The notes: generated by a model from the letters alone, not told the origin. Positions 34,593-47,000 are shown, counted from the first letter of the stretch. The stretch is 49,935 nt of DNA from Guillardia theta CCMP2712 (GCF_000315625.1 NW_005434619.1:19170-69104); one strand, 5' to 3'. Made by a program: numbers and translations.

Positions 34593-34789
34593 AGTAAGGG
34601 AGGTTGACAAAGGCAGGCACTAGAGGCAAACAGAAATGCACCGAATATGCAGCATCCGTCAGGATCCTGAAGCTCCAAATACTCGGCTGCTAACAGAGTC
34701 GAAGCAGCATCAACCTCCAACGATCGCAAGCTCAAGTAAGAGGGACATACATCAGAGCGAAGCCAGCGAGCCAGTGAGAGATCAAGTGA

Positions 34790-34899
34790 GAGAGTAAGTG
34801 AGAGAGAGAGACAGAGAGGGAGAGGGAAAGACAGAGACAGAGACAGAGACAGAGAGAGATAGAGACACAGAGACACAGAGAGTGAGTGAGTGAGTGAGT

Positions 34900-34941
<42 letters not shown>

Positions 34942-34976
34942 GGCAGGCAGACAGGCAGACAGACAGACAGACAGGC

Positions 34977-35007
<31 letters not shown>

Positions 35008-35009
35008 GA

Positions 35010-35061
<52 letters not shown>

Positions 35062-35100
35062 CAGAGAGAGGCACAGAGAGACAGAGAGTAAGGGAGGGAG
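34790..35100. repeat. Compound GA/GAGACA/GAGT/GACA microsatellite
   Basis: Read directly. Confidence 0.95.
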
Positions 35101-35873
35101 GGAGGAATGGAAGGGTAGATGGAGGGATGGAGGTAGTAGAGAGATCCAATCCCCATGGCAGGGAGGAGGAAGGAAAAGTGTGAGAGGACAGAAAGAGAGG
35201 AATTGGAGAGATCCGGAAGGGAGGGGAGGAGGGGAGGATCGGACGGGAGGGACTGGGAGAAGGGGAAACCTTCGCTGTCGGACAAATGCGAAAGATTTTA
35301 CGTCAAGATGCTCCTGGGCGACCAGTTGCCGCTTTGGTAGAGACAATGGATGTACGTTGCAGCGACACCCTGCCGCTGTCCCTCGAGTTCTCAAATTCTC
35401 TACTGCTCTCCCCGTCTCCCTTCCCTGCCTCCCTAGCAGAAGAGAGCGGCGTACAAGGATAGCACTACAGCCACAGATCAGTCGCAAAGGCGCGACAGGC
35501 AGAACATCGCAACACTGCCAACTTTCTTCGCAGCAAGTGTTTGAGTAGACAGAAGCAGAGCCAACGGAAGAGACATGTGGACATACACAGAGGTATGGAG
35601 CCAGAGCATCGAGATGGAGGCAGTAGCTTTTAAGGACATTCAATCCGGTCGAAAGAAGGAGATGTATATGGAGATAAAGTTTACGTCGATGAACATTTTG
35701 CGCTATCATCTTCAACAACATCGCGATATGCTCTAGGTTGTGAGTGAAGTCATGTCAGCACAGGCATGCGGCAATCAACACTTCATGGAGATAGAATTCT
35801 ACTTTTGACTTGCTTTCAGATGACGTGGAATAATGGCATCAGGAGTTTCTTAGAATTCCTTACACTGCCACTG

Positions 35874-35921
35874 CCGATGCTCGTTATTTTTCCAGATCAC
35901 CCACGGCTTCAGGCAGAAGAG
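35874..35921 (-). pseudogene. Degraded, internally deleted paralogue of the LRR fragment at 37816-37898
   Basis: Minus-strand ctcttctgcctgaagccgtgg...gtgatctggaaaaataacgagcatcgg aligns to both ends of the 37.8-kb fragment, with frameshifts. Confidence 0.4.
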
Positions 35922-36191
35922 TAGGGGCTAGATACACACAAAGACAGGATGGATTCTTTCATTGATAAGAGCTAAAAGACAAGCAAATGAGCCAAAGGAC
36001 TGTATTCTATAGCAAAATCTAAATTTGTACACAAGGGATACTGTGGAATGTTTCGAATTCTGAGTACATTCCAGATCTAGCACCCGCCTTGAGTTTGCGC
36101 CTCTTCGAACATCTTTTTCGATGATCTGCTGGAGAGGGTTACGGCGATAGGAGGAGTTGAATGTAGGGACCGAGGAATAGAAGTACAGGTA

Positions 36192-36432
36192 GGGCAGGGA
36201 GCAGGGAGCAGGGAGCAGGGAGCAGGGAGCAGGGAGCAGGGAGCAGGGAGCAGGGAGTAGAGAAGGGAGAAGGGAGCAGGGAGCAGGGAGCAGGGAGCAG
36301 GGAGCAGGGAGCAGGGAGCAGGGAGCAGGGAGCAGGGAGCAGGGAGTAGAGAAGGGAGAAGGGAGCAGGGAGAAGGGAGAAGGGAGCAGGGAGCAGGGAG
36401 CAGGGAGCAGGGAGCAGGGAGCAGGGAGCACA
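36192..36432. repeat. (GGGAGCA)n heptamer tandem repeat with GGGAGAA/GGGAGTA variants
   Basis: Read directly; source of the LLPAPCS artefact ORFs. Confidence 0.95.
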
Positions 36433-37815
36433 GGGAGGAGACGGAGCAAGCAAGGAGACAAAAAAGCGGCCAACATTATGCTTATTATATATAACAGTAC
36501 TGTTTTCAAAAAAGAAGAAGCTGGTTTTTTCTTTCTTTCTTTCTTTCTATTTTTTTTTTTGACTCTCTGGCAGTGAAAGGATACAACGGGCATTTTTGTC
36601 TGTTCGGTACTGAAGCGCTTTTTCCACTCCCCGTTATTGGTAAGGTACGTGCCCCCCTCCTGCTCCCCTCCTGCTCCCCTCCTGCTCCCCTCTTACTATC
36701 CCGCTCCCCTCTGCTCATCAGCTCCTGCCCCACACAAGCCCCTGCTCCCCTCACTCCCTGCTCCTCTCTCTCAGTCCCTGCTCCATTTTCTCCTCTCTTT
36801 TATATCTCTTTTGCCTTCCGTCGCAGTGTTGTAACTATTCTACAACCTTCCTTGCTGATCACTTGCGTGCTCTCTTTCTGGCCTCTCCACATAATCCACA
36901 ACCATTACTTTCTTGCTCTCTATTTTGCCCCTCCGCATACTCAACAATCTTTAATCTTTTCTTTCTTGCTCGCTTGCATTGGAATATAGCGTGTTGTACG
37001 CTAGTCTCTTCACAAAGAGCTGTTCTTATCCTTCCTGCTTCCATCTTGAGCAGATGTTTGCATCCTTCCACTGAAGAGCCGACCCTCCTCCCTTCACTTC
37101 ACTCTTGCTCACACTCATTTCTTGTGTATCTTTGCCTGATCTGTCCTTGAAAGATCAAGGCCATTTTCTCTTCATATAAAGATTCATATCTGATTATTGT
37201 CCACTTCCTTCACCATACTGACCCTGAGATCTCGGCAGCGAATTTTTCTCACCATGCTGTGCTAAAAAAGTTTGATGTTTTTGCAGACAAGAGGGAAAGT
37301 GGTAGGAATCTCTACTCCTCGTCTTTATAAAACACCAATGTCATCTTCGAGTCATACGATTTCAGTGGTAGACAACATCTCCTCCTCTCACAGAAACAAA
37401 AAAGGATATGCAATCAATACACAATAGATAGATACAATAGATAGAGTTCATGATGCAAATGATCTTTGATATCAAGACCTTGCAGCATCTGGTAGCTGCC
37501 CGAATCTTATTCTTTCCCTTCTTCTGCACTCGTTCTTCACAAGTAAAAATGAGTTGAATGTACAGCGCATAATTCTTTTCCCAGGCAGATATAGCACAGA
37601 CTATGCCAGTTTGAATCAATTTATGCAAAAATCGTAGCAAAAAATCAGTAGACAAGATGATCATCTGGCAGACTCACTCTGTGGTATCCCGTGCCTCACA
37701 TGGATGTGCGCATCTCTATCACAGACAGTATGCCTGAGATCTCAAGTTGATATGGACACACATAGAGTCAGAACCTATGTCGATTCAAGAGCACTCACGA
37801 TGTGATACAAGCATT

Positions 37816-37898
37816 CCGATGCTGTTCCTCGCCAGATGCACTTCTTTGAGATTCTCGTGCTGCTTCATCCACCTCGCCACGGCCTTCAGGTAGCAGAG
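37816..37898 (-). pseudogene. RI-like leucine-rich-repeat exon or remnant
   Basis: LCYLKAVARWMKQHENLKEVHLARNSIG fits LxxLxLxxNxIG; preceded by a CCAG acceptor; surrounding frames are broken. Confidence 0.5.
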
Positions 37899-38427
37899 CC
37901 TGGAGTCAACTGCAGCCCCTCGAGCATCGTCCGGTCCAACACAACTAGTTAGTTCATGCTACCTCAACAAGAAGCTGCACTCTCTGGCAGCAGAACCCTC
38001 ATGGCACGAACTGTTCTGTTCTCTTCTGTTCCTCTACTCTATTGACCTTGGCACGACAACCTCCGATCGACAACTCCGAAGCGAAGGCTGGTCACGTTTT
38101 CTTTACTACTCAACTGAGCTCCGAGCCGAAAATTCAAGGTAACCCCCTCATTTCCCCGACATAGTACCCCTACTGTACCGATAACTGTGTAGTAAACAGG
38201 AATGTCCTCTTCCAGTGTCGTAAAGTTACCTCCTGCCCCTGAGCTCGAGCCGCTAGAAAATCCCCACCGCGCTGGAAACCTCCACCATACCATCTCGTGA
38301 CATCCCATCCACGTCTTCGATCCCACCTGTACTGCTTGCTCTTGCAAACATTCTTCCCTATGCCTATTCTGTTTCAGTCGAAAGTGAGCGACTAGTTAGA
38401 TCCATATCGACATCGATCCATTACCCA

Positions 38428-39090
38428 ATGAATGCCAGAGATCTTTTTCCAGATTTCCTGACACTGATGATTGATTACAGGCGAGCACGATTTCATACGA
38501 CACACCTTTCTCCTATGGATATGAGTAATCATGGTCAAGGCTTCGAAAGCCCAATTGATCAACTCCTTCCCTTCGTCCCCCTCCTTCCCTCTGATGTACA
38601 GTCCTTCGTCTCCAGCTACCTCCCTGGCGACTCCGACGACCCCAAGCCCTCCTCCCAGCGCCGCGCCCGTCTTGCTTGTCGAGTCTGCAAGCAACGCAAG
38701 ATGAAGTGCGACGACCTCAACCCATGCTCACGCTGCTTGGAGTCGAGCGCGGACTGCGTGCGTGACGGGGTTTTACCACCAGAGCAGCCGGCGGAGAAGA
38801 AGAGGGGGAGGAACCAGACGAAGCAGGCGTGCACATACTGCAGGGAGCGGAAGATGAAGTGCGAGGCACAGCGACCATGCTGGCGGTGCGTGAGGGTAGG
38901 GAATGACTGCACAAACGGATCGCCGAAGATAACGAGCAATCGACATGAGCAGGGAGAGATACTCCCTCAACTGGATGCAATGTGGTCTGGAGACAACTTT
39001 TCATCTTCATTCTCTCCGCTTCTTGAGGAGAGGTTGGTTTCTGAGGTGCCTGGTGATGTGTTCAATTTGAGATATCTTTGCTGGTTCTGA
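38428..39090 (+). CDS. Double Zn(II)2Cys6 transcription factor, copy 2 (single ORF, short unrelated tail)
   Basis: Same two Zn clusters as copy 1; about 355 bp (38558-38913) nearly identical to 33938-34305. Confidence 0.85.
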   Translation: MNARDLFPDFLTLMIDYRRARFHTTHLSPMDMSNHGQGFESPIDQLLPFVPLLPSDVQSFVSSYLPGDSDDPKPSSQRRARLACRVCKQRKMKCDDLNPCSRCLESSADCVRDGVLPPEQPAEKKRGRNQTKQACTYCRERKMKCEAQRPCWRCVRVGNDCTNGSPKITSNRHEQGEILPQLDAMWSGDNFSSSFSPLLEERLVSEVPGDVFNLRYLCWF

Positions 39091-39109
39091 ACGGAATAAA
39101 ACTCTTCAC

Positions 39110-39760
39110 TACTGTGTCATGACCGGCTGTTCACCGTCAGCCGCGCATTGCCTGTCACTGAGTGCTCACACCCACCCGCCCAGTGCCCCAAAGCCTGGCG
39201 ACCTCGGCTCAGCGGCTCGCTGCCGCACCGGCCCTGCACCGGGCCCAGCGGCTACCGCCGGTCGCCGACTTCACTGTCACCTCCAAGCGGTCTCAGTTTA
39301 GAGTAACTCTGGCACCTCCGAGTCGGAGGCGGGCGGCGGACCCGGCGGCGTCCGACGCGCGGCGCCGCGGGCCCGCCCCGCCCGCGCGCGGGGTCCGCGT
39401 ACAGTGGAATTACAGTTGAACGGTTATCAAGCCTGGGCCAGCCTGGCCCGAGTTAGGGCCTATCATCGAGTCCCGGATGAGTCGGACGGACCCGGCCGCC
39501 GGTACGCCGCTCTCAGGCTCGAGATCCGAATCACTGCCTCTCGGTCTCAGAGTCTCGCCCCGCCGGGCCCGGCCCGGCCGGGCCCGATGACGGCACTCAA
39601 TCCGAGACGCGGGCGGCGGGCGCTGAGTCTCAGTGGCGGCCCGGCCCGGCCGGGCGGTCCCGACCCGGGCTTCGACTGTCAGCCTGTGTACCGTATGGTC
39701 CGATCACTGAGCCCGGTTCCCAATCCGAGCTCATTGCTCTCATACTCGGGTCACCAGTTA
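39110..39760. other. CCGG/CAGT/GAGTC-rich intergenic block
   Basis: gggcccggcccggccgggccc, tgtcactgagtg, ctgagtctcagtgg; begins about 20 bp after the Zn2Cys6 copy-2 stop. Confidence 0.75.
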
Positions 39761-39779
39761 TTCAGAGCCGTTAGAATCG

Positions 39780-40090
39780 TGTGGTAGCCTAGTAGGGTCC
39801 AGATAGGGCCAAAGGAGGGGTGTGTGCGTTGTGGGTAGGGCCCGTAATGCCAGAGGGCTCTTGAAGTCAAGGCTAGGAGAGCAGAGCTGATTATGGTGGA
39901 CATGGGAGGGGGAGGAAGAAACAGAAGGAAGAGAGAAGTCAGAAGGTCCAGTGTAGCCTGAGAGTGGGAGCATGTGACAGCCTTCAAAGCTTGGAGGTGA
40001 AGAATGGGGGGGGAACAAGCTTACCGAGCATATTTGAGAGCCGGGTTCCCAGGGTGTGAGTAGGGTTCCGATCGGATCCCTGGAATACAC
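39780..40090. other. GGGT/AGGG-rich intergenic block
   Basis: tagggtcc, gtgggtaggg, agggtgtgagtagggtt upstream of DNAL4. Confidence 0.55.
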
Positions 40091-40374
40091 AACCTTGACT
40101 CTATCTACTAGTCAAGTTGAATTGTTGTTCGTTGATCGCTGATCCGAATGCCATTTGCAAATTTATTCTCATTTTGCAAACCGCATAGAGGTGTTGTGTT
40201 TGAGGATTCCCGTCCTAGTATTGCTGGATGCTGGATGCAATCTCATTTCAATCTTGCGAATTCAGTTAGGGCGGTAAGCATCATCCAAGATGGAGTGGAA
40301 GACAGAATGAACACTAATCTAAGAGCTTTTCGTCTGAGAAAACAACTTTAGCTGACCTTTGTTATTTCTCTCAG

Positions 40375-40835
40375 ATGTCTGATCCCGCTTCAACCATCAG
40401 AGCTGCAGCAACATCGGCTGATGCTCGAATGGCCATGATGTATCCGCTTGTGAAGGTGCCAGCCAAACGTTGATGTGCTTTTTTCCTTACATGCTTGTCT
40501 TCCTTGCAGACCCAGACTGACATGAAGGAGGAGATGAGGATAGAGGCAGTTGACGCTGTTATCAGTGCAATAGAAAAGTTCGGCAACATGAAGCCTCCCA
40601 AGTATGATGTAAGGAGCCAGAGATGATGATGCTTTCTTACTTGCTGTTGTTGACTGCTTCACAACAGCTTGCAGCAAAGCAAGTGAAGGAAACTATGGAC
40701 AAGAAGTTCGCACCCAACTGGTGCTGCGTTATTGGCGAAGGTTTCGGTGCAGACATTGTGTACGAGAAGCAAACTCTGTTGTATATGTTTTATGCGGGAA
40801 ACTTGGCGGTGCTGCTATTCAAGAATCCCTTCTAA
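40375..40835 (+). CDS. DNAL4: Dynein axonemal light chain 4 (LC8-family), 3 coding exons
   Basis: YPLVK|TQTDMKEEMRIEAVDAVISAIEKF...|LAAKQVKETMDKKFAPNWCCVIGEGFGADIVYEKQTLLYMFYAGNLAVLLFK closely follows DNAL4 (PLVRHSDMPEEMR...KETMDKKFG..W.VVIGEGFG). Confidence 0.88.
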
Positions 40836-40982
40836 GACAATCAAGACGACGGACACACCTCGACACATTTCGATTATAACCTAAACACTGTAATTGCTCT
40901 CTCTTACATCCTTTACCGTTCTGTAACTGTAAGTGAATTTTCCTTGGAAACCCCCAATGCTCATTGAAACAAGGCAGCGATG

Positions 40983-41651
40983 CTAGCTGCGATGCGGTGC
41001 TCCTCCACTCCCTCGAAGGTTCGCCTCCTCCAGAATCCTGAGGATCGATTCTGTGACTCGCTCTCTCTCTTGCTTCTCACGCGCAATGTCGGACCCGATG
41101 GTTTCCTTGAACTTGGACAACATCAAGATGATGTCGCGAGTCGACTCCTCTCTGATCTTGCTCTCGATCCTGATCATCTTCTGTATCTCCTCGGACGTGA
41201 TGTCAATCTTCTTCAGCAGGTGCTCCTCGACATTCCTCCATTTCTCTCGCTCTGCCTGGAGGTTTTCTACGATCATCCCCTTCAAAGCATATTGGTCCAC
41301 CTCATCGCCCCTTAACCTTTCTTGAGAATAGGATGCTGAACCTGCCTGCGCCTCGAGCGACAAGGAAAGGATCTTGTCGTTGACGAACTTCTCAAGTTTG
41401 GTCTCTGCTTCCTTGCGAGCAAGCCGCTCTAGATTGATGTCCAGGGACACAGCTCCCTCCAGCTTATGCAGATTCTTCTCGACCGTCTCCTTCATCATGG
41501 CGATTGATTCCTTCTCTGTGTCTGCAGCCTCTGAGAGCGCAAGGAACTTGCTCCTGTTTTCCTCAATGGAGCCCAGCACGGACTCTTCCAGAGCGCTGAC
41601 TCGGTCCTCAAGCATTGCGAGTCGCACGACAACATCTTCATCGTCATCCAT
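40983..41651 (-). CDS. SF-assemblin/beta-giardin-like coiled-coil protein (222 aa)
   Basis: Recurring ExxxR motifs (ERLARKEAE, EREKWRNVE, ESKIREEST, EKQERERVTESILRILEE) typical of striated-fibre assemblins. Confidence 0.7.
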   Translation of the reverse strand: MDDDEDVVVRLAMLEDRVSALEESVLGSIEENRSKFLALSEAADTEKESIAMMKETVEKNLHKLEGAVSLDINLERLARKEAETKLEKFVNDKILSLSLEAQAGSASYSQERLRGDEVDQYALKGMIVENLQAEREKWRNVEEHLLKKIDITSEEIQKMIRIESKIREESTRDIILMLSKFKETIGSDIAREKQERERVTESILRILEEANLRGSGGAPHRS

Positions 41652-42072
41652 GTGTGAGCAGCGGGTTCCAACACTTAGAACAACAAGCGCGAGCTACGTG
41701 ACATGGCGGGGCGTTTCAGCTCCCTCGCGCCATGTTTACCGCCTGCCTGGCAACCGCTGGGACAAAGCAACGCATTTTTGATCTTTGATCACTACTGACT
41801 TATAAAACATCACTGAGGCGAGCTTGATTTATTAGAGTGCAAAAAAATAACCTGAAATTGTTTACTCAATAATGCCAAATATGTACCACATCCCCTCCCT
41901 GACCACTGCGCAGTTTGTGGTTTGCCATGCGGGACCCCGTCCTTCGTCCATGCGGCGGCAGAGCCTCAAGGGAGGGCGACTGTGTGCATGGCCAAGGGAC
42001 GGTCATGCTGAGAGACTAGTCATGAGAGCACGATCTAGTGGAAGAGACGCGCCCTCTTCCACTAGATCCGTC

Positions 42073-45000
42073 ATGGCAGATTTCAGACCAGCGGATTCTG
42101 AGGTCGTGCAAGAGCAGGGTTTGCCGGAGAGATTTGTCGTGCATGAAATGATTGTAGACAAACTTTTGATTGAAGCCGACGATGTTGCCATTGAAATCTA
42201 TCCTGATCAACGGCTTTCGCGACGAGAACTTCTCTCTAGAGCGTCAAACTCTTGTCTCCAATTGAAGTCCTTGGGCATCGAACCGGGTTCTTTTGTTGTC
42301 ACATGCGTGCAGAGCTATCCCTTATCCGTCATCGTCCATCTTTCCATCATAATGGCAGGAGCAGTGATAATTCCATGTGATCTGTCGCAACCAGGGGAGG
42401 TTAACTCTCAGATGCCTGAAGAAGTCGAGCATGTGCTATACGAGAACTGCCAGGTGAGATTCTCATTTGATGGTTCTAAACAGTTGAAAACTTTTGGAAG
42501 GAGAGAGTTGTGGAACGATTGATTCAAAACTCGAACGAGCGGAGGATGTTTGTCAATGTTTGTAGATTTCGTTATGAAGAGTCAAACAGAGATGCGTTGG
42601 ACTGTAGAGCTGCCATAGAAACCACAATCACAGCAAGCCATCTTTGCTGGTTTTTGAGACCCTTCTCTGTCGACACTACTTACATCAATTGCAGGGCATA
42701 TCCAACTTCCGGATCAACCAGCGGTACTTCTCGTTATGTCCTCGCCGAGCATCAATCAGTAGCAAACTACATCATCAACCATCCTGTTCTCGTAGAAGAG
42801 GCCAAGGGAGGCAGGCAGAAGAGGATTCTGCTCTGGTCGCCTTTTGTCTTTGATCCCTACGCTGGAGATGTTCTAGCTGCCCTCTATCATGGTGCAGTCT
42901 TGTGCCTGTGGGACGGCAAGCAGGAAGATCATAGGATTGAAGCCAACGAATGGAGGAGCAACTTTCTGCTGGGTTGCGCTGGAGCGTTGCAGGCAACGCG
43001 GGCGACTCACCTGTGCACGACTCCTTCGATCTTGAACTACATCGCCTACGAGCTACAAGCAACTGAGCCGAGGGAGCTCGAGGCGAAACTCCCTGACCTG
43101 TCTGTGGTTGGGGTAGGAGGCGAGATGACGAGTGGGAGCATGGTCTGACGAACATGCTCCTGATTCTCATGTGAATTCACTGCAGGTCAACTTGTGGGCA
43201 AGCTCGTTCGTGCTATTGAACCTGTATGGCTGTACAGAGTGCTGTGTGTATCAGAGCGCTCACAGGATGCGAAGCATTCACGATCGATGTATCGTAGGTA
43301 AGTCGTTCAACTGCGGAAGCTCTGGAACTGACAGGAGGTGCCTTACTTTCTCTGTTCCAATGGACCAGGTGACCCGCTCCCTCGCGTTGCTCTTGACATC
43401 GTAACGGTCTGCATGCAACCGTCTCAGCATGATGGTCGCGCAGGTCGATCGTTCAGGGCAGCCTTGTCCCGATGGTGCATTCGGCAGAATCCGAATCGCT
43501 GGGGTGCAGGTGGGCAGGGGATACCTTAGCGGAAAACAGGACGAGTGGGCGGGAGGGGAGCTGCCTGATCATGCAGTGTTTGCGATGACGCTCAGTGGGG
43601 AGAGATGTTTCATCACGAATGATCGAGGGGTTGTTGGTGAGGGAGGGAAAATTCGATTTGCTGGTCGAGAGGACGGCAACGTGGTATGGCTGTTGATGTG
43701 CCTGGTTGTGCGCTCATAAAATGTTGGAGATGAAATGCATGGGTGTCGGAATCGACGTCTCCCGGGTGAAATTTAATGTGATTGTGGTGTTGATGTGATT
43801 TTCGTCTCCCTGCAAGGTTGAGAGTGTCCTATCAGCGTCGCGATCTGTTTTGGCTGCTGCGGTCGGAGTGGAAGACCTTTCGCAGAATGGCGATCAGATA
43901 GTCCAGAGGCTTTTTGCCTTGGTCATCCCGCAAAGAGATGTGGACGAGGAACAAGTGAGAGTTTCGCTGATCGAAGAATGTGTAAGGAACCTCCCATCCC
44001 ATAGCATCCCATGGAAGGTATCGCCCATCGCACTACTCCATGACCTGGTTTTGACAAGAAAAGTTGCTCAGATCATGTTTGTGAAGACTTTGCCAACAAC
44101 CATGACAGGGAAGTTGGACAGAAGAAAGTTGACTCGATTCCTACAAGACTCAGTACTGCATTCTTGATGTCTGCTTCCTGGTCCAGTGAGTGGAGTTGTT
44201 CCAGGTCGGTGATTCGGACAAGAACAACACTATTCCTCTAGACAAGGTCGAAGATTGGGTGCGGGAAGAATGGGAGCGTTCTGTGGCAGGTTTGGAACCT
44301 TTGCAAGTCGGTAGACATGACATGTTCAAACAGGTTTTATGAAATGTCAGCCTGACAAAGCCGAGAGAGATGATCAGGCCTTTTACCTTGCCAGAGGGGG
44401 AAATTCCCTTAGTGCCATCCGGCTCGTCTCATGTTTACTGCATCGAAGAGGAAAGCTTCACAATGACGGACCGGGTAACCCAAGAGCAGATTTCATGCGT
44501 TTGCTTCAGATTGTCCTGCAACAACCGCGAGCAGAACTCATCAAGACTGTTCGGATCATGTTTGATGAGCCAATGCTTGCCAAGGTCCGTGAGGAATCTC
44601 ACAAGCGGAAAAGGGCTGATGTGGAAGAAACGAGTGTTGATGCCAGCCATAGAGTCTTGCGAGTGATCAAGGAAGGATGTTTGGAGTGGTGGGCTGGAGG
44701 TTGCTCGGCACATTCCAAGATAGAGTTTTCTGATTTCAGAACCAAGGCATTCAGCAAAGAGGTTGGTGTTGACATGTGGAAATATATGATGTGGCTAGAA
44801 GTTTTGTACTTTGAAGTGTGCCTCTGATATGAAACGGTTTCACAGGATCATTTATACTGCATGAAACAGTCCAAAAAGGCAAACCAGTTCCGAATACGTG
44901 AGAGTCCAGAGTTGTCTCCTGATAACGATTTAATCGTGAAGGATACAGCATACCTGTCAGGTTTCACCCTCCCTCCTGACTCCTCCTTGCTCAATGTACA

Positions 45001-47000
45001 CAGACATAACAAACAAGACGTACTTCATGCATGTGGTCTGGACCAACGACCTCGCCAAGTGTGTGGATTGCGCTCCTCTACTCCTCTCTTACGTCACGGA
45101 CGACACTAGCGTGCAGGTTCTCTGGATCCCCCCCCCCCCCCCCCCCTCCGCATTTTCTTCTCCTCCTCCTTGTCTCTGCCCCTCATCCTGCGCGACAGGT
45201 TGCGATCGCGTCCTCCCATGCTCACATCGTCAAGTGCATGTGTGTCCTCTCAGGGCAGACCCTCTGGTGTTCGAGAGTACGAGGAAGAGTAGAGGTTCGT
45301 CAGACTCCACCCTGTCAGGTCCTCTAACCCTCTGGCCTATCTTACTTCCACAGGGACCAGCTTCAATCAGCTCGGGAGGAAGGGTTGTTTTCGTGGGGAC
45401 TTACGCTAACAGCGTCTTTGGCATTGATGCGGCTTGCGGCGACATATTGCAGGTGTTCTGCACGGGAGATGCTGTCAAGGTCGATGATTGTGTCGACTTG
45501 AGTTGGGCTGTAACGAGGATGGCAGGGAGGGGTGAGGGTCGACAGAGCGTCAGGAATGTCTTTCTTCGGTTCACATGATGGGAAAATCAGAAGCCTCTGT
45601 CGGGTCGAGGGAAGGGAGGGTGCTCTGAGAGAGTGGAGATGGAATGTAAAGTTGAATGCGGTTTGACAGGTGTTGAACTCAGAGATGAAGTTATTTGTGA
45701 GATGGGAGAAGCTGTGTTCGGAGCTCCTGCTGTCTTGATGGAGAATGTACCTCGTTCATCATGTTTTGACCCATAAAGTGACGTCATGGCTGTTTCAGAA
45801 TGATATGAAGCTTGTTGCATGCTCCATCAAGGGTGCGCTAAACTTCTCCTCCCCTGTATCCATGTGTTTGAAATGATTGATCAGGAACAGTCAAGTGTAT
45901 CTCTAACTCATGTGGGACCGCCATGACGGTAATGGTGGCAAGAATCGCTTTCATCTGAACAACCTTTCTGTTCATCCTGGCCTGTCGTGATATCTCGTCT
46001 TGGTTGCTCCCAGGGATGGAAGTCAGAGTGGGCAGAAAGCTGTGCATCCCCGGTATCTCTGTCCTTCATTTGTTGCTTCTCCCATCGCATCTCCTTGCCC
46101 ATGAAACCTTCTCCTCAGATCTTCGCTTCTCCTTGCATCGATGTCGAGAGCTCCTCCAACATCTACATCGCGCATGCTGATGGAACTCTGAACAAGTTCA
46201 ACATCGAGGGTCACCTTGTAAGATGTCAAATCTCACTTTTGGTCCTTCGACCCCTAAACGCTCTCCGGTCGTTGGCAGGTCTGGAGTGTCAGAGCGGCAG
46301 GACCCATCTTCTATTCGCCACGAGTGAGCTCATTCGCGCTGCTCGAAGTTCAGCAGGGCGTGACATGTTCGCCCGGCAGGTGTTGGGAGGGTTTGTTTAC
46401 TTCGGCTGTCAACTTGGTTTCATCTACTCGGTGAGTTGAACTGACTTTGCGGCCCCCGGCTCATTCCTCCGGTCCCTTGAAGGTGAACAAGAGCGACGGG
46501 CAGGTCAGGTGGAAGCAAGCTCTGATCTCGGGATCTTCGTCTCCTGTACTTCCTCCCTCCTCCTGGTCACTCTCACCAGCCCCTCTCCCCCTCCAGGTCA
46601 CGGGGGCTCCGTGCTTGCACCGAGGAAGCAGCGGGACCTTTGGTATCTTCTGCAACAGTGACGGTCACGTTGTCATGGTCAAGTTAGAGTGAGAGCAGCG
46701 GACCGTTGGATGTGCGGGGTTGGCTGACTTGGATCCTTGAGCAGGGACGGGCAGCTGCTGGGGATGTTGAGACTGGGGGGAGAAACTTTCTCCTCCCCAG
46801 TGTTCATCCCCTCGCTCCTTCTCCCGCACTCTGAAAGGTTCACTACGTCTTTGTGGTCCCTGGTTGACTTCCTGCCTTGCAGCGGCAGCGTCGGCAGAGT
46901 GTTTGTGGGATGCAGAGACAACAACATGTACTGCATCTCGCTAGAGGGGCCTGTCGAGGGTGCGGCGCAAGACAGAGCAAGGACGGCAGTCGTGCCATGA
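42073..47000 (+). CDS. AASDH: AASDH/ACSF4-like NRPS-type enzyme: adenylation domain + carrier (T) domain + PQQ-like beta-propeller; many exons; in-frame ATGs extend to 41872
   Basis: A-domain motifs TSGSTSG, FDP, GGE, NLYGCTE, TNDRG, FAGRED and LPTTMTGKLDRRKL; T-domain RGGNSLSA; propeller LAKCVDCAPL, IFASP, GETFSSPV and VFVGCRDNNMYC. Confidence 0.85.

Noticed and set aside
36859-37664. Possible transposase or retroelement remnant in AT-rich broken ORFs
   Set aside because: No DDE, RT, integrase or helicase motifs could be recognised
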